Positions 1 through 7,420 are shown, counted from the stretch's first letter. The stretch is 10,539 nucleotides of DNA from Thermoplasmata archaeon (GCA_034667685.1 JAXDQU010000099.1:1-10539), one strand, 5' to 3'. Program-made: numbers and translations. Notes: generated by a model not told the origin, from the sequence alone.

Positions 1-76
1 CGGGAACTGGGGAAGAAGGGGTCGGACCCCGTCTTCCCCAGTTCCCGTCTTCCCCCCGCTTCCCCTCTTCCCTTCG
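1..76. repeat. Palindromic repeat element with ~8-bp degenerate (NNN)TTCCC units, probably truncated by the window edge
   Basis: 1-16 CGGGAACTGGGGAAGA is the exact reverse complement of 32-47. The inner GGGGTC-G-GACCCC (18-30) continues the stem after one mismatch (17/31). 48-76 adds further TTCCC units up to the S8 stop codon. Confidence 0.85.
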
Positions 77-1867
77 TCAAGCGCGTCGTCGCAGCGCCGC
101 TCCGATCGCGCACGCGGTGCCGACGCACACCGCGCCCACGAGGAAGGGCTGCGCGCTCACGATGCTCAAGACGCGCGAGGCGCCGGACTGCGGCGTGAGG
201 AATCCGCCCTGGGGCACGAACGGATTGTGGCCGCGCAGGGCGGCGGGCACGTCGACGACGCGCTCGGCGCGCACCACGACGCTGCCCTCGAGGTCGTAGG
301 CCGAGCCGGGAAGCACGCCGCTGGGGCGCGCGCGCACCACGTACGCGCCCGGCGCGACCGCGCGCGCCAGGTGCAGGCTGCCCGCGCCGTCGGCCTCGAA
401 GGGGAACGAGCCCTCCGCGCCCACGAGGGAGGCGTCGAGGCGGCCCGGGCCGCTCCAGTTGAGCCAGAGGTCCGCGCGCACGCCGCCGGCGGGCACGGCG
501 ACGGGGATCGTGATATCACTGGCGGGCGGGAGGTCGGGCGCGCCGCTCTGCGCGAGCACGAGGCCCGCGGCGCTCAGGATCGTGCCGCTCGCGGAGACGG
601 GGACGGGCGTCTCGACGACGACCAGGTGGCGGCCGGCCTCCATGGCGTTGGCCGCGTCGAGCGCCGCGGCGACGTCGAGCATGCCGTAGCCGGTGCCCGC
701 GTCGGGGCCCGCCGCATCGAGGTCGCGCGCGGTGCCAGTGAGGATCGCGGCGACGCTCTGCGGCGCGAGCGAGGGGTGTGCGTCGAGGAGCAGCGCGGCG
801 GCGGCGGCGACCTGCGGTGCGGCCATGCTCGTGCCGTTCATCTCGACGTAGTACTGCGCCTCCGGCGCCGACGAGCGGGCGCTCGCGGCGTTGGCGCGCG
901 CGCTGAAGATCGCGGTGCCCGGCGCGGCGAGGTCGGGCTTGACCCACGGCAGGGGCTGGCGGTCGCCGTCGGTGGCGGGGCCGCGGCTGCTGTAGGGCTC
1001 GGCGTGCCCCTCGGCGCTCGCGGCGGCCACGGTGAGGACGTTGGGGTTCGTGGCCTCGGTCGTGAGCGTGGCCTGCCCGTCGGCGCCGCGGTTGCCCGCG
1101 CTGAAGACGACGACGAGCCCGTCGGCCACGAGCGCGTCGGAGGCGCGGATCACCGGGTCGTTGGGATCGTAGTGCGCGTCGGGTTTCTCGCGGCCCCAGG
1201 AGTTGGACACGACGCGGACGTCGTACTCGGCGTGGTGGGCGTGGAGCCACGCGAAGGCGCGCACCGCGGTGGTCGTGGTGAAGCTCGCGCTGATGTCGAC
1301 GGGAAGGAGCTTGGCGCCGGGCGCGAGGCCGTGCAGGCGGGCGTCACGGCTCATGGCGCCGTTGCCCGCGACGATGCCCGCGACGTGCGTGCCGTGGCCG
1401 TCCGCATCGCCGCGCCCGCCGTCCACCGTGCCGTCGTCCTCGACGCGCACGGCGTCCACGACGCGCCCCGCGAAGCCCGGGTGCTGCGCGTCGAGGCCCG
1501 AGTCCACGAGCGCGACGGTGACGTTCCTGCCCGTGGGCCAATCCGTGGCGCCCGGGGGCGGGTCCGCGTGGTCGATGGCGCGGGCGCGATCCAGCAGGAG
1601 GGTGACGGGCTCCTCCTCGTACACGCCCGCGACGTTGGGCAAGGCGCGAAGCGCCTCCAGATGAGCCGCGTCGCCCTCGACGAGGGCGACGCGAGCGAAG
1701 GGGAAAGCCTCGACGACGCGCGTCTGCCCGAAGAGTGACCCCACCGCGGGCGGCGCGCCGTCGAAGCTCACCAGGCGCCGGGCTGGCCCGTCCGCGGCGC
1801 TCGCGGCCGGCAGGAGAACCGGCGCGAGCAGCAAGAGCGCGAGACCGAGGAGGGCAGCGCGGCGCAC
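77..1867 (-). CDS. Secreted, C-terminally anchored S8 family (subtilisin-like) serine peptidase
   Basis: Signal peptide MRRAALLGLALLLLAPVLLPAASA and a short pro-domain. Triad motifs VALVDSG (Asp), HGTHVAG (His) and GTSMAAP (Ser), oxyanion SAGN and KPDLAAPG. C-terminal beta-rich domain, then a hydrophobic helix and RRRA. GTG start. Confidence 0.95.
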   Translation of the reverse strand: MRRAALLGLALLLLAPVLLPAASAADGPARRLVSFDGAPPAVGSLFGQTRVVEAFPFARVALVEGDAAHLEALRALPNVAGVYEEEPVTLLLDRARAIDHADPPPGATDWPTGRNVTVALVDSGLDAQHPGFAGRVVDAVRVEDDGTVDGGRGDADGHGTHVAGIVAGNGAMSRDARLHGLAPGAKLLPVDISASFTTTTAVRAFAWLHAHHAEYDVRVVSNSWGREKPDAHYDPNDPVIRASDALVADGLVVVFSAGNRGADGQATLTTEATNPNVLTVAAASAEGHAEPYSSRGPATDGDRQPLPWVKPDLAAPGTAIFSARANAASARSSAPEAQYYVEMNGTSMAAPQVAAAAALLLDAHPSLAPQSVAAILTGTARDLDAAGPDAGTGYGMLDVAAALDAANAMEAGRHLVVVETPVPVSASGTILSAAGLVLAQSGAPDLPPASDITIPVAVPAGGVRADLWLNWSGPGRLDASLVGAEGSFPFEADGAGSLHLARAVAPGAYVVRARPSGVLPGSAYDLEGSVVVRAERVVDVPAALRGHNPFVPQGGFLTPQSGASRVLSIVSAQPFLVGAVCVGTACAIGAALRRRA

Positions 1868-1925
1868 GTCCCCGTGCTCTCTCGTTCGCCGCCATCAACG
1901 GCGAGGCGAGGCGCCCCCTGATCAA

Positions 1926-1980
1926 GGGAGCGTGGGAGCTTGGGAGGAACGGGCGCAGGGCCCCAAGGGACCTGGGACTC
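1926..1980. repeat. Short degenerate 8-bp tandem repeat plus GGGAC units
   Basis: GGGAGCGT-GGGAGCTT-GGGAGGAA at 1926-1949. CTTGGG (1939-1944) can pair with CCCAAG (1962-1967). GGGACCT-GGGACTC lies just before 1980. Confidence 0.45.
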
Positions 1981-3881
1981 TAGGCGTGGGTCTGGTAGCT
2001 GCCCGCGAGCTTCCAGTTCTCGCCGCCCGTGCTGTCGGGAGGCGAGATGGGCGTGCCGCCGGGCACCGGGACGGGCAGGCCCGCCTGGTTCTGATAGCTC
2101 CCGGCCTGCGTGTGGACGATCTCGACCTTCCAGTCGCCGCCCACGACGCCCTCGACGGTGAGCGTCGCGGTGCCCTTGCCGTCGGCGCCGTTGGTGACGG
2201 TCTTGGGCGTCATGGCGACCATCGAGCCGTTGGGCGCGGTGACGTGGATGTCGTAGCCGTCCGGCGTCGCGGTGTAGCCCGTGGGCGCCTGCGCGTCGGT
2301 CCACGTCAGCGTGAGGTTGAGCGAGCCGGTGGCGGTGCCGGGTAGCGTGATCGTCTGCGCGCTCGTCGCCTTGGCCGCGGTCGTGCCCTTCATCTCGGGC
2401 AGCGTCTGCGAGGTGAGCGCCGCCGTGGAGAGCAGGTCGCCGCTCCCCGTGGAGGGCGTGACCTTCTGCGCCGGGACCACCGCGCCCGCGAGGACGACGG
2501 CGGGGATCAGGAGCAGGATCAGCAGCGCGGCGACGACGCCGACGGGGAAGCGGCTGCGGCGCTCGGGCTCCGCGGTCGCGTCCTTGGTCTTGCGGGTGAG
2601 GATCCAGTTGTAGAGGATGAACGCGCCCGCGCTGGCGAAGCCGATCGAGGCCATGATGGCCCAGTAGAGCTCGGGGCGGCCCAGCTCGACGCCGAACTTG
2701 GCGTACAGGTCGCCGCCCACCTTGGCGCCCAGGAACTGGCCCACGCCGATGGGGATGAAGCCGTAGCCCAGGAAGGTGCTGACCTTCTCGGCGGGCGCGA
2801 TGCGCGAGACGTACGCGAGCCACGCGGGGTACGTGATCAGCTCGCCGATGCTGTAGATGACGACGCCACTCGCGAAGAACAGGCTCGTGCTCGTGAAGCC
2901 GATCATGACGAGGCCCACGGCGTAGACGAGGACGCCCGTCGTGATGAGCGTGAGGGGCTTGAAGCGCGTCGCCAGGGGCGCGATCAGCGGGGCGCCCACG
3001 ACGATGACGAGCGGGTTGAGCGTCTGGAGGTAGAGCTCGTTGAACCAGCCCGGCATGCGGTGGAAGTCGTCCATGTACGCGGGCAGGAACGAGAGCACCA
3101 GGCCGTACATGAACCAGAAGCCGGCGTAGATCGCCATGAGCACGAGGAAGCTCGGGTAGTGGCGGATCTCGCCGAGCACGCGCATGCTCTCCGTGAAGCT
3201 CTTGTCCTTCTGCGGCGCGCGCAGGTTGCGGAAGATGAAGAGCGAGACGAGGATGTTGAGGCCCACGAGGGCGGCCGAGACGGCGAACGTCGTGCGGAAG
3301 AGGCGCACGTCGCCCTGCTGCCAGCCCATGATCGTGCCCACGAGGCCCAGGCCCAGCGGGAAGATGAGCGCGCCCAGGTTGATGCACGCGTAGTAGATGG
3401 AGAACGCCAGGCTGCGCCTGTCGTCGGTCGAGGTCTGCGTGACGATGGAGGCCGGGATCGGTTTGAAGATGCCCGCGCCCACGCCGATGAGCAGGATGTA
3501 GGCGACGACCATCCACGGCGCGGTCGTCAGGAAGCTCATCGTGTAGCCCGCGACGAGGAGCGCGAAGACCAGCACGAGGCTCGACCGGTAGCCGAACTTC
3601 TCGGTGAAGGGCGAGGCGACGACGGGCACGGCGTAGAGGAGCAGGAAGAGCAGCGCGCCGAACGTGGCCGCCAGCGAGGTGGCCGCGACGTTGGTCATGC
3701 CGGTGCCCACGAACACGCTGCGCATGAACACGGTCGACACGGCGGCGAACGAGTAGTACGCGCCGCGTTCGAGCAGCTCGATCCCGTTGACGACCCAGAA
3801 GGTCTTCGGGAAGGCGAAGGCGCCGCGCATGCGCTCCTTCAAGGTGGGCTTCGCGTCGGGGGTAGCAGCCGGGCTCGACAC
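1980..3881 (-). CDS. POT/PTR-type MFS oligopeptide:H+ symporter with an additional TM helix and a C-terminal Thr/Gly-rich domain
   Basis: ELLERGAYY matches the POT ExxERxxYY motif. Also GAGIFKP and FSIYYACINLGA, with about 12 hydrophobic segments. Start reassigned to GTG at 3881 (VSSPAATP), ~30 bp downstream of TTTTAA. The upstream 121 codons of the ORF-track call overlap the + strand gene at 3990. Confidence 0.9.
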   Translation of the reverse strand: MSSPAATPDAKPTLKERMRGAFAFPKTFWVVNGIELLERGAYYSFAAVSTVFMRSVFVGTGMTNVAATSLAATFGALLFLLLYAVPVVASPFTEKFGYRSSLVLVFALLVAGYTMSFLTTAPWMVVAYILLIGVGAGIFKPIPASIVTQTSTDDRRSLAFSIYYACINLGALIFPLGLGLVGTIMGWQQGDVRLFRTTFAVSAALVGLNILVSLFIFRNLRAPQKDKSFTESMRVLGEIRHYPSFLVLMAIYAGFWFMYGLVLSFLPAYMDDFHRMPGWFNELYLQTLNPLVIVVGAPLIAPLATRFKPLTLITTGVLVYAVGLVMIGFTSTSLFFASGVVIYSIGELITYPAWLAYVSRIAPAEKVSTFLGYGFIPIGVGQFLGAKVGGDLYAKFGVELGRPELYWAIMASIGFASAGAFILYNWILTRKTKDATAEPERRSRFPVGVVAALLILLLIPAVVLAGAVVPAQKVTPSTGSGDLLSTAALTSQTLPEMKGTTAAKATSAQTITLPGTATGSLNLTLTWTDAQAPTGYTATPDGYDIHVTAPNGSMVAMTPKTVTNGADGKGTATLTVEGVVGGDWKVEIVHTQAGSYQNQAGLPVPVPGGTPISPPDSTGGENWKLAGSYQTHA

Positions 3882-3909
3882 GGGGATCGGGCAGGCACTC
3901 GATCGGGGG

Positions 3910-3922
3910 CTTAAAAGGACTT
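3910..3922 (-). promoter_or_regulatory. BRE/TATA-like promoter of the MFS gene
   Basis: Minus strand AAGTCCTTTTAAG, a rare AT-rich patch ~30 bp upstream of GTG 3881. Confidence 0.65.
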
Positions 3923-3989
3923 CTTGGGCGCGCCTTGACCGGGAGCTTGCCGCGAAGCGTTCAAGTGGGGTCCCCAGCATGCGCGCGCG

Positions 3990-4238
3990 ATGCTCCAGAA
4001 GCTGCGCTCCCGCCACAGCATCGACCTGCCCGTCGAGCGCTGGGGGCGCCGCCGTCCGACGCTGGCGATCATCGGCATCCTGGCCGTCGTCTTCCTGCTG
4101 CTGCCGCTCCTGATCGCGCTGATCTCCGGCGCGGCCCGGGTCACGCGCGCCGAGGGCATCGCCGCCGCCGTGGGCCTCCTGCTCCTGGTCCTCATCGTGG
4201 GCGCCCTCCGCGGGAAGCCTGGATGGAATAGGCGATAG
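3990..4238 (+). CDS. Small hypothetical membrane protein (2 TM, 82 aa)
   Basis: Two long hydrophobic stretches with basic flanks and GC-rich third codon positions. AAGCGTTCAAG lies ~25 bp upstream. Fills the gap before mscL. Confidence 0.75.
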   Translation: MLQKLRSRHSIDLPVERWGRRRPTLAIIGILAVVFLLLPLLIALISGAARVTRAEGIAAAVGLLLLVLIVGALRGKPGWNRR

Positions 4239-4276
4239 GCGCAAGGTTTGTTCGCGGGTGGCCGTTTGCCGGCCGC

Positions 4277-4675
4277 ATGGCCACCGCCACCGCGACCGCC
4301 GCCGAGCCCCAGCGCCTCAGCCTCTTCGCCGAGTTCCGCGCCTTCCTTGACAAGTACGGCGTGATCGGCCTCGCCATCGCGTTCGTGATCGGCAGCGCCC
4401 TCACCGTGCTCGTCAAGGCGGTCGTCACCGACCTGCTCATGCCCTTCGTGGGCCTCATCACGCCCGAGGGCGGCTGGCAGCAGGCCGTCCTCTACGTGCC
4501 GCCGCTCCCGGCCGGCTCGAACCCCGCGGACCCCGCGTTCAAGCTCCCGGCCCACACGCTGGCCCTGGCATGGGGCGACCTCCTCGCCAACGCGGTGAAC
4601 TTCATCATCATCGCGGCGTTCGTCTTCCTCGTGGCGAAGTTCGTCCTCCGCCAGAAGGAAATCGGCAAGCTCTGA
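4277..4675 (+). CDS. mscL: Large-conductance mechanosensitive channel MscL family protein
   Basis: N-terminal FAEFRAFLDKYGVIGLAIAFVIG, DLLMPFVG and TM2 WGDLLANAVNFIIIAAFVF match MscL patterns. AAGGTTTGTT at 4243-4252 is a candidate promoter. Confidence 0.92.
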   Translation: MATATATAAEPQRLSLFAEFRAFLDKYGVIGLAIAFVIGSALTVLVKAVVTDLLMPFVGLITPEGGWQQAVLYVPPLPAGSNPADPAFKLPAHTLALAWGDLLANAVNFIIIAAFVFLVAKFVLRQKEIGKL

Positions 4676-4730
4676 CTCCTTCGAGTCCCGCACCAGAACG
4701 GAGTTGGGCCATCCGGACCCAGACGCCGCC

Positions 4731-4973
4731 GTGCGCTCGCACCCCGTCGTCGGCGTCTTCTTCCTCCTCGTGGGCGCCGCGCTGGTCCTCCTGGGCGCGT
4801 TGGCCGGCAGCTACGTCCCCGGCTTCCTCCGCGGCCTGCCGCTCCCGCCCGAAATCGTCATCCCGCTGCTCCTCTGGCAGCTCGCGACGTGGGCCATCCT
4901 GTTCGGGTTCTTCTTCCTGCGCCCGCGCGTGCGCCGCGGCCGGCATGCCCCGCGCGTGACGCCGCGCGTGTGA
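4731..4973 (+). CDS. Small hypothetical membrane protein (2 TM)
   Basis: Two hydrophobic segments and an Arg-rich tail. GTG 4731 is preferred over in-frame TTG 4704, but the start is uncertain. Stop is convergent with the DRG stop (2-bp gap). Confidence 0.7.
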   Translation: MRSHPVVGVFFLLVGAALVLLGALAGSYVPGFLRGLPLPPEIVIPLLLWQLATWAILFGFFFLRPRVRRGRHAPRVTPRV

Positions 4974-4975
4974 GA

Positions 4976-6094
4976 TCAGCGGCGCAGCACGAGCGTCAGG
5001 ACGTCGAGGTCGCGCAACTTGTGCTCGATCCCCACGATCTGGTTGTCGAACTTCGCCGAGGGACCGGAGACGATCGCGTAGCGGAACTTGAGGCGGAAGT
5101 CGCGGTGGAGCGCGTCGCAGACCATGCCGACGTCGGAGCCTTCCTTGATGACGAGCGGCACGTCCATGTCGGCCTCGCCGCCCTGCGGCTTCATGAACAC
5201 GCGCATGAACCGCAGCTCCTCGTACATCTTGTCCTTGAGCGCGTCGATGCCGAGCCCCCTCTTCGCGGCGATGGGCACGACGGGCCAGCCCTTGTCGTTG
5301 AACATCTTGATCGTCGACTTCGTGTACTCGACGTCCTGGATGTCCACCTTGTTGAGCGCGACCATGGCCTGGATGTAGGTGCGGTTCCCGGCGAGCACGT
5401 CGACGAGCTCGTCGACCGTCGCGTCCTGGCGCACGACGACGTCGGCGTTGACGATGCCGTACTCCTTGACCATGTCCTTGACGACGTCCTCGTCGAGCCC
5501 CTTGCTCTGCGGCACGGTGAAGTTGACGTTGATGCCGCCGCGCATGCGCGACTTGTAGAGCTTGATGTCGGCCGGCGCGCGGTTGAGGCGGATGTTCGCG
5601 TCGTACAACTCGTCGACGATGACGAAGATCTGCTCGGGGTGCAGCGCGTCCGCGATGAGCAGCACGAGGTCGGTCGTGCGCACCACGGCGATGACCTCGC
5701 GCCCTCGGCCCTTGCCGCCCGCCGCGCCGCGGATGAGACCCGGCAGGTCGAGGATCTGGATGTCGGCGTGCTTGTGGTGCAGCATGCCCGGGATGCACGT
5801 GAGCGTCGTGAACGCGTAGGCCGCGACCTCGCTCTCGGTGCCCGTGAGCTTGTTGAGCAGCGTCGACTTGCCCACGCTCGGAAAGCCCACGAGCGAGACG
5901 CTCGCCATCCCGCTCTTCTTGACGTCGTAGCCGCCCTGCCCGCCTCCGCCGCCGGCCGCCGCGCGCTTCTCCTTCTCCTCGCGCATGCGGGCGAGCTTCG
6001 CCTTGAGCTTCCCGATGTGGCCCTGCGTGGCCTTGTTGTACTGCGTCTTGCCGATCTCCGCCTCCACGGCGGCGATGTCGTCGTCCAGCGTCAC
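4976..6094 (-). CDS. drg: DRG/Rbg-family (OBG superfamily) GTP-binding protein with C-terminal TGS domain
   Basis: N-terminal YNKATQGHIGKLKAKLA, G1 GFPSVGKS, G2 YAFTT, G3 DLPG, GKGRGREVIAV, G4 NKVD and a TGS-type C-terminus (SAKF..QIVG..HKLRDLDVL). Confidence 0.96.
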   Translation of the reverse strand: MTLDDDIAAVEAEIGKTQYNKATQGHIGKLKAKLARMREEKEKRAAAGGGGGQGGYDVKKSGMASVSLVGFPSVGKSTLLNKLTGTESEVAAYAFTTLTCIPGMLHHKHADIQILDLPGLIRGAAGGKGRGREVIAVVRTTDLVLLIADALHPEQIFVIVDELYDANIRLNRAPADIKLYKSRMRGGINVNFTVPQSKGLDEDVVKDMVKEYGIVNADVVVRQDATVDELVDVLAGNRTYIQAMVALNKVDIQDVEYTKSTIKMFNDKGWPVVPIAAKRGLGIDALKDKMYEELRFMRVFMKPQGGEADMDVPLVIKEGSDVGMVCDALHRDFRLKFRYAIVSGPSAKFDNQIVGIEHKLRDLDVLTLVLRR

Positions 6095-6127
6095 AGGGGA
6101 TTTCGGGCGGGGAGGCGGCCTTCGCCG

Positions 6128-6140
6128 TGATAAGCGTTTG
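6128..6140 (-). promoter_or_regulatory. BRE/TATA-like promoter of the DRG gene
   Basis: Minus strand CAAACGCTTATCA, ~34 bp upstream of GTG 6094. Confidence 0.6.
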
Positions 6141-6150
6141 CCGCTTGCGG

Positions 6151-6420
6151 AGCCTCAGCCTCAGCCTCCGCCTGTAGCCTCAGCCTCAGCCTCAGCCTCA
6201 GCCTCCATCCTTCCAGCCACAGAGGACACAGAGGAGCACAGAGGAACGAGAAAAATCGCCTCTGTGTCCTCTGTGGCTGGAGGAGTCAAGGCTACAGGCT
6301 GAGGCTAGGGCTGAGGCTGAGGCTGAGGCTGAGGCTGAGGCTGAGGCTGAGGCTGAGGCTGAGGCTGAGGCTGAGGCTGAGGCTGAGGCTGAGGCTACAG
6401 GCGGAGGCTGAGGCTGAGGT
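6151..6420. repeat. Nested palindromic element: (AGCCTC)n arm, 9-mer hairpin core, (GAGGCT)n arm; MITE/REP-like
   Basis: 6153-6205 is the exact reverse complement of 6367-6419 (53 bp), including the variant unit CGCCTGT/ACAGGCG. The right arm has 14 consecutive GAGGCT units (6313-6396). TTGCGG flanks both sides (6145-6150, 6421-6426). Confidence 0.93.
6212..6281. repeat. REP-like hairpin built of CACAGAGGN 9-mers, copy 1
   Basis: TCCAGCCACAGAGGACACAGAGG (6212-6234) pairs perfectly with 6259-6281 (23 bp). A third CACAGAGG unit lies in the loop. Confidence 0.93.
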
Positions 6421-6524
6421 TTGCGGGCTCGGGCCGTCCGCCTGCCTGCGCCGCTCCGGACCACGTCTGGATCAGCGCGCGACGCATCGCCCGATGGCGA
6501 GCGAGTCCCCCCGAGGGTTGCTCC

Positions 6525-6535
6525 AAAACCCTTGA
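6525..6535 (+). promoter_or_regulatory. BRE/TATA-like element upstream of the wHTH gene
   Basis: AAAACCCTTGA, ~38 bp upstream of ATG 6574. Same pattern as the other upstream boxes. Confidence 0.5.
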
Positions 6536-6573
6536 GGTGCCGCCGGGGCGCGGTCGGCCCATCCTCGGAAGGG

Positions 6574-7254
6574 ATGCATGTGAAGACCAAGGAAGAAGCC
6601 CTCGAGCTGGACGCGCGCCGCCACATCTACGAATACATCCTCGCCACGCCGGGCACGCACCTGCGCGGCGTGCACCGCGCGGTCAAGCTTCCCTTCGGCC
6701 AGGTGCTCTACCACCTCAACTACCTTGAGAAGCTGGACCTCGTCGTCGTGAAGAAGGACGGCAAGTTCTCGCGCTACTTCGTGAAGAACCTGATCGGCCG
6801 CAAGGAGAAGGACGTCATCAGCGTCCTGCGCCACGAGGTGCCGCGCACGATCAGCGTGCTGCTCCTCTTCCGCAAGGAGATGAGCCACAAGATGATCCTG
6901 GAGCACGTCGCGGTCTCCCCCTCGACCCTTTCGTTCCACCTGGCGAAGATGGTGGACGCGGAGGTCGTGTCGCGCGAGGCGCGCGGGCGCGAGAGCATCT
7001 ACCGCCTCGTGGACGAGCCGGCCGTCACGCGCACGCTGATCCGCCACCGCGCGAGCTTCCAGTGCGGCGTCGTCGACCGCTTCTGCGCCATGTTCGAGAC
7101 GCTCGCCGCGGGCGAGGGCGAGGAGCGCGTCGTCCCGCCGCAGGAGCCGGAGCGCGCCACCGAGCTGGTGCGGCTCGTCCTCGCGGCGCCCGAGGCGCCC
7201 ACGACGCCCGTGGAGCTGCTGCCCGCGCCCGAGCAGGCCATGCCCGGGCTCTGA
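6574..7254 (+). CDS. Archaeal-type double winged helix-turn-helix transcriptional regulator (ArsR-like, COG3398-type)
   Basis: RRHIYEYILATPGTHLRGV...GQVLYHLNYLEKLDLV and a second HTH, VSPSTLSFHLAKMVDAEVV..EARGRESIY. Start is ATG 6574 or GTG 6580. The ORF-track extension from 6421 is not protein-like. Confidence 0.9.
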   Translation: MHVKTKEEALELDARRHIYEYILATPGTHLRGVHRAVKLPFGQVLYHLNYLEKLDLVVVKKDGKFSRYFVKNLIGRKEKDVISVLRHEVPRTISVLLLFRKEMSHKMILEHVAVSPSTLSFHLAKMVDAEVVSREARGRESIYRLVDEPAVTRTLIRHRASFQCGVVDRFCAMFETLAAGEGEERVVPPQEPERATELVRLVLAAPEAPTTPVELLPAPEQAMPGL

Positions 7255-7309
7255 CACCCCCCGGTATTCTCGGCGCACCGGCCGACCATGATCGTTTGAT
7301 CTCCCGCGA

Positions 7310-7391
7310 CTTTCAGCCACAGAGGACACAGAGGTCACGGAGGCGACTTTCTCTCGTCCTCTGTGACCTCTGTGTCCTCTGTGGCTGGAAG
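7310..7391. repeat. REP-like hairpin built of CACAGAGGN 9-mers, copy 2 (possible terminator between convergent genes)
   Basis: 7310-7343 pairs with 7358-7391: a 34-bp stem with two G-T wobbles and three 9-mer units per arm. The loop is CGACTTTCTCTCGT (14 nt). Confidence 0.93.
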
Positions 7392-7420
7392 GCGGCCCGC
7401 ACCCCAAGGGAAGGAAGACG

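Noticed and set aside
227-1738. Long antisense and alternate-frame ORFs (227-1738, 1768-3516, 3060-3914, 4608-5798, 4889-6130, 7335-8519, 7478-8731, 8313-9716, 8542-10434 and others)
   Set aside because: Shadow ORFs typical of high-GC DNA. They are Arg/Ala/Gly-rich, lack motifs and overlap genes with clear family signatures.
3882-4244. 121-codon N-terminal extension of the MFS ORF
   Set aside because: It crosses the TATA-like box and overlaps the + strand membrane gene. GTG 3881 is the better start.
6151-6420. CRISPR array
   Set aside because: The units are contiguous 6- or 9-mers with no unique spacers, and no cas genes are present.
6421-6573. N-terminal extension of the wHTH ORF from TTG 6421
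   Set aside because: Low-complexity translation that spans the putative promoter. The HTH-like sequence starts near 6574.
5985-6626. ORFs with poly-(Ala-Ser) tracts (5985-6302 +, 6198-6626 -)
   Set aside because: These are translations of the stop-free frame of the hexamer repeat, with no independent coding evidence.
7310-7391. Classical bacterial rho-independent terminator or tRNA
   Set aside because: No poly-U tail, a much longer stem built of tandem units, and no cloverleaf or T-loop motif.
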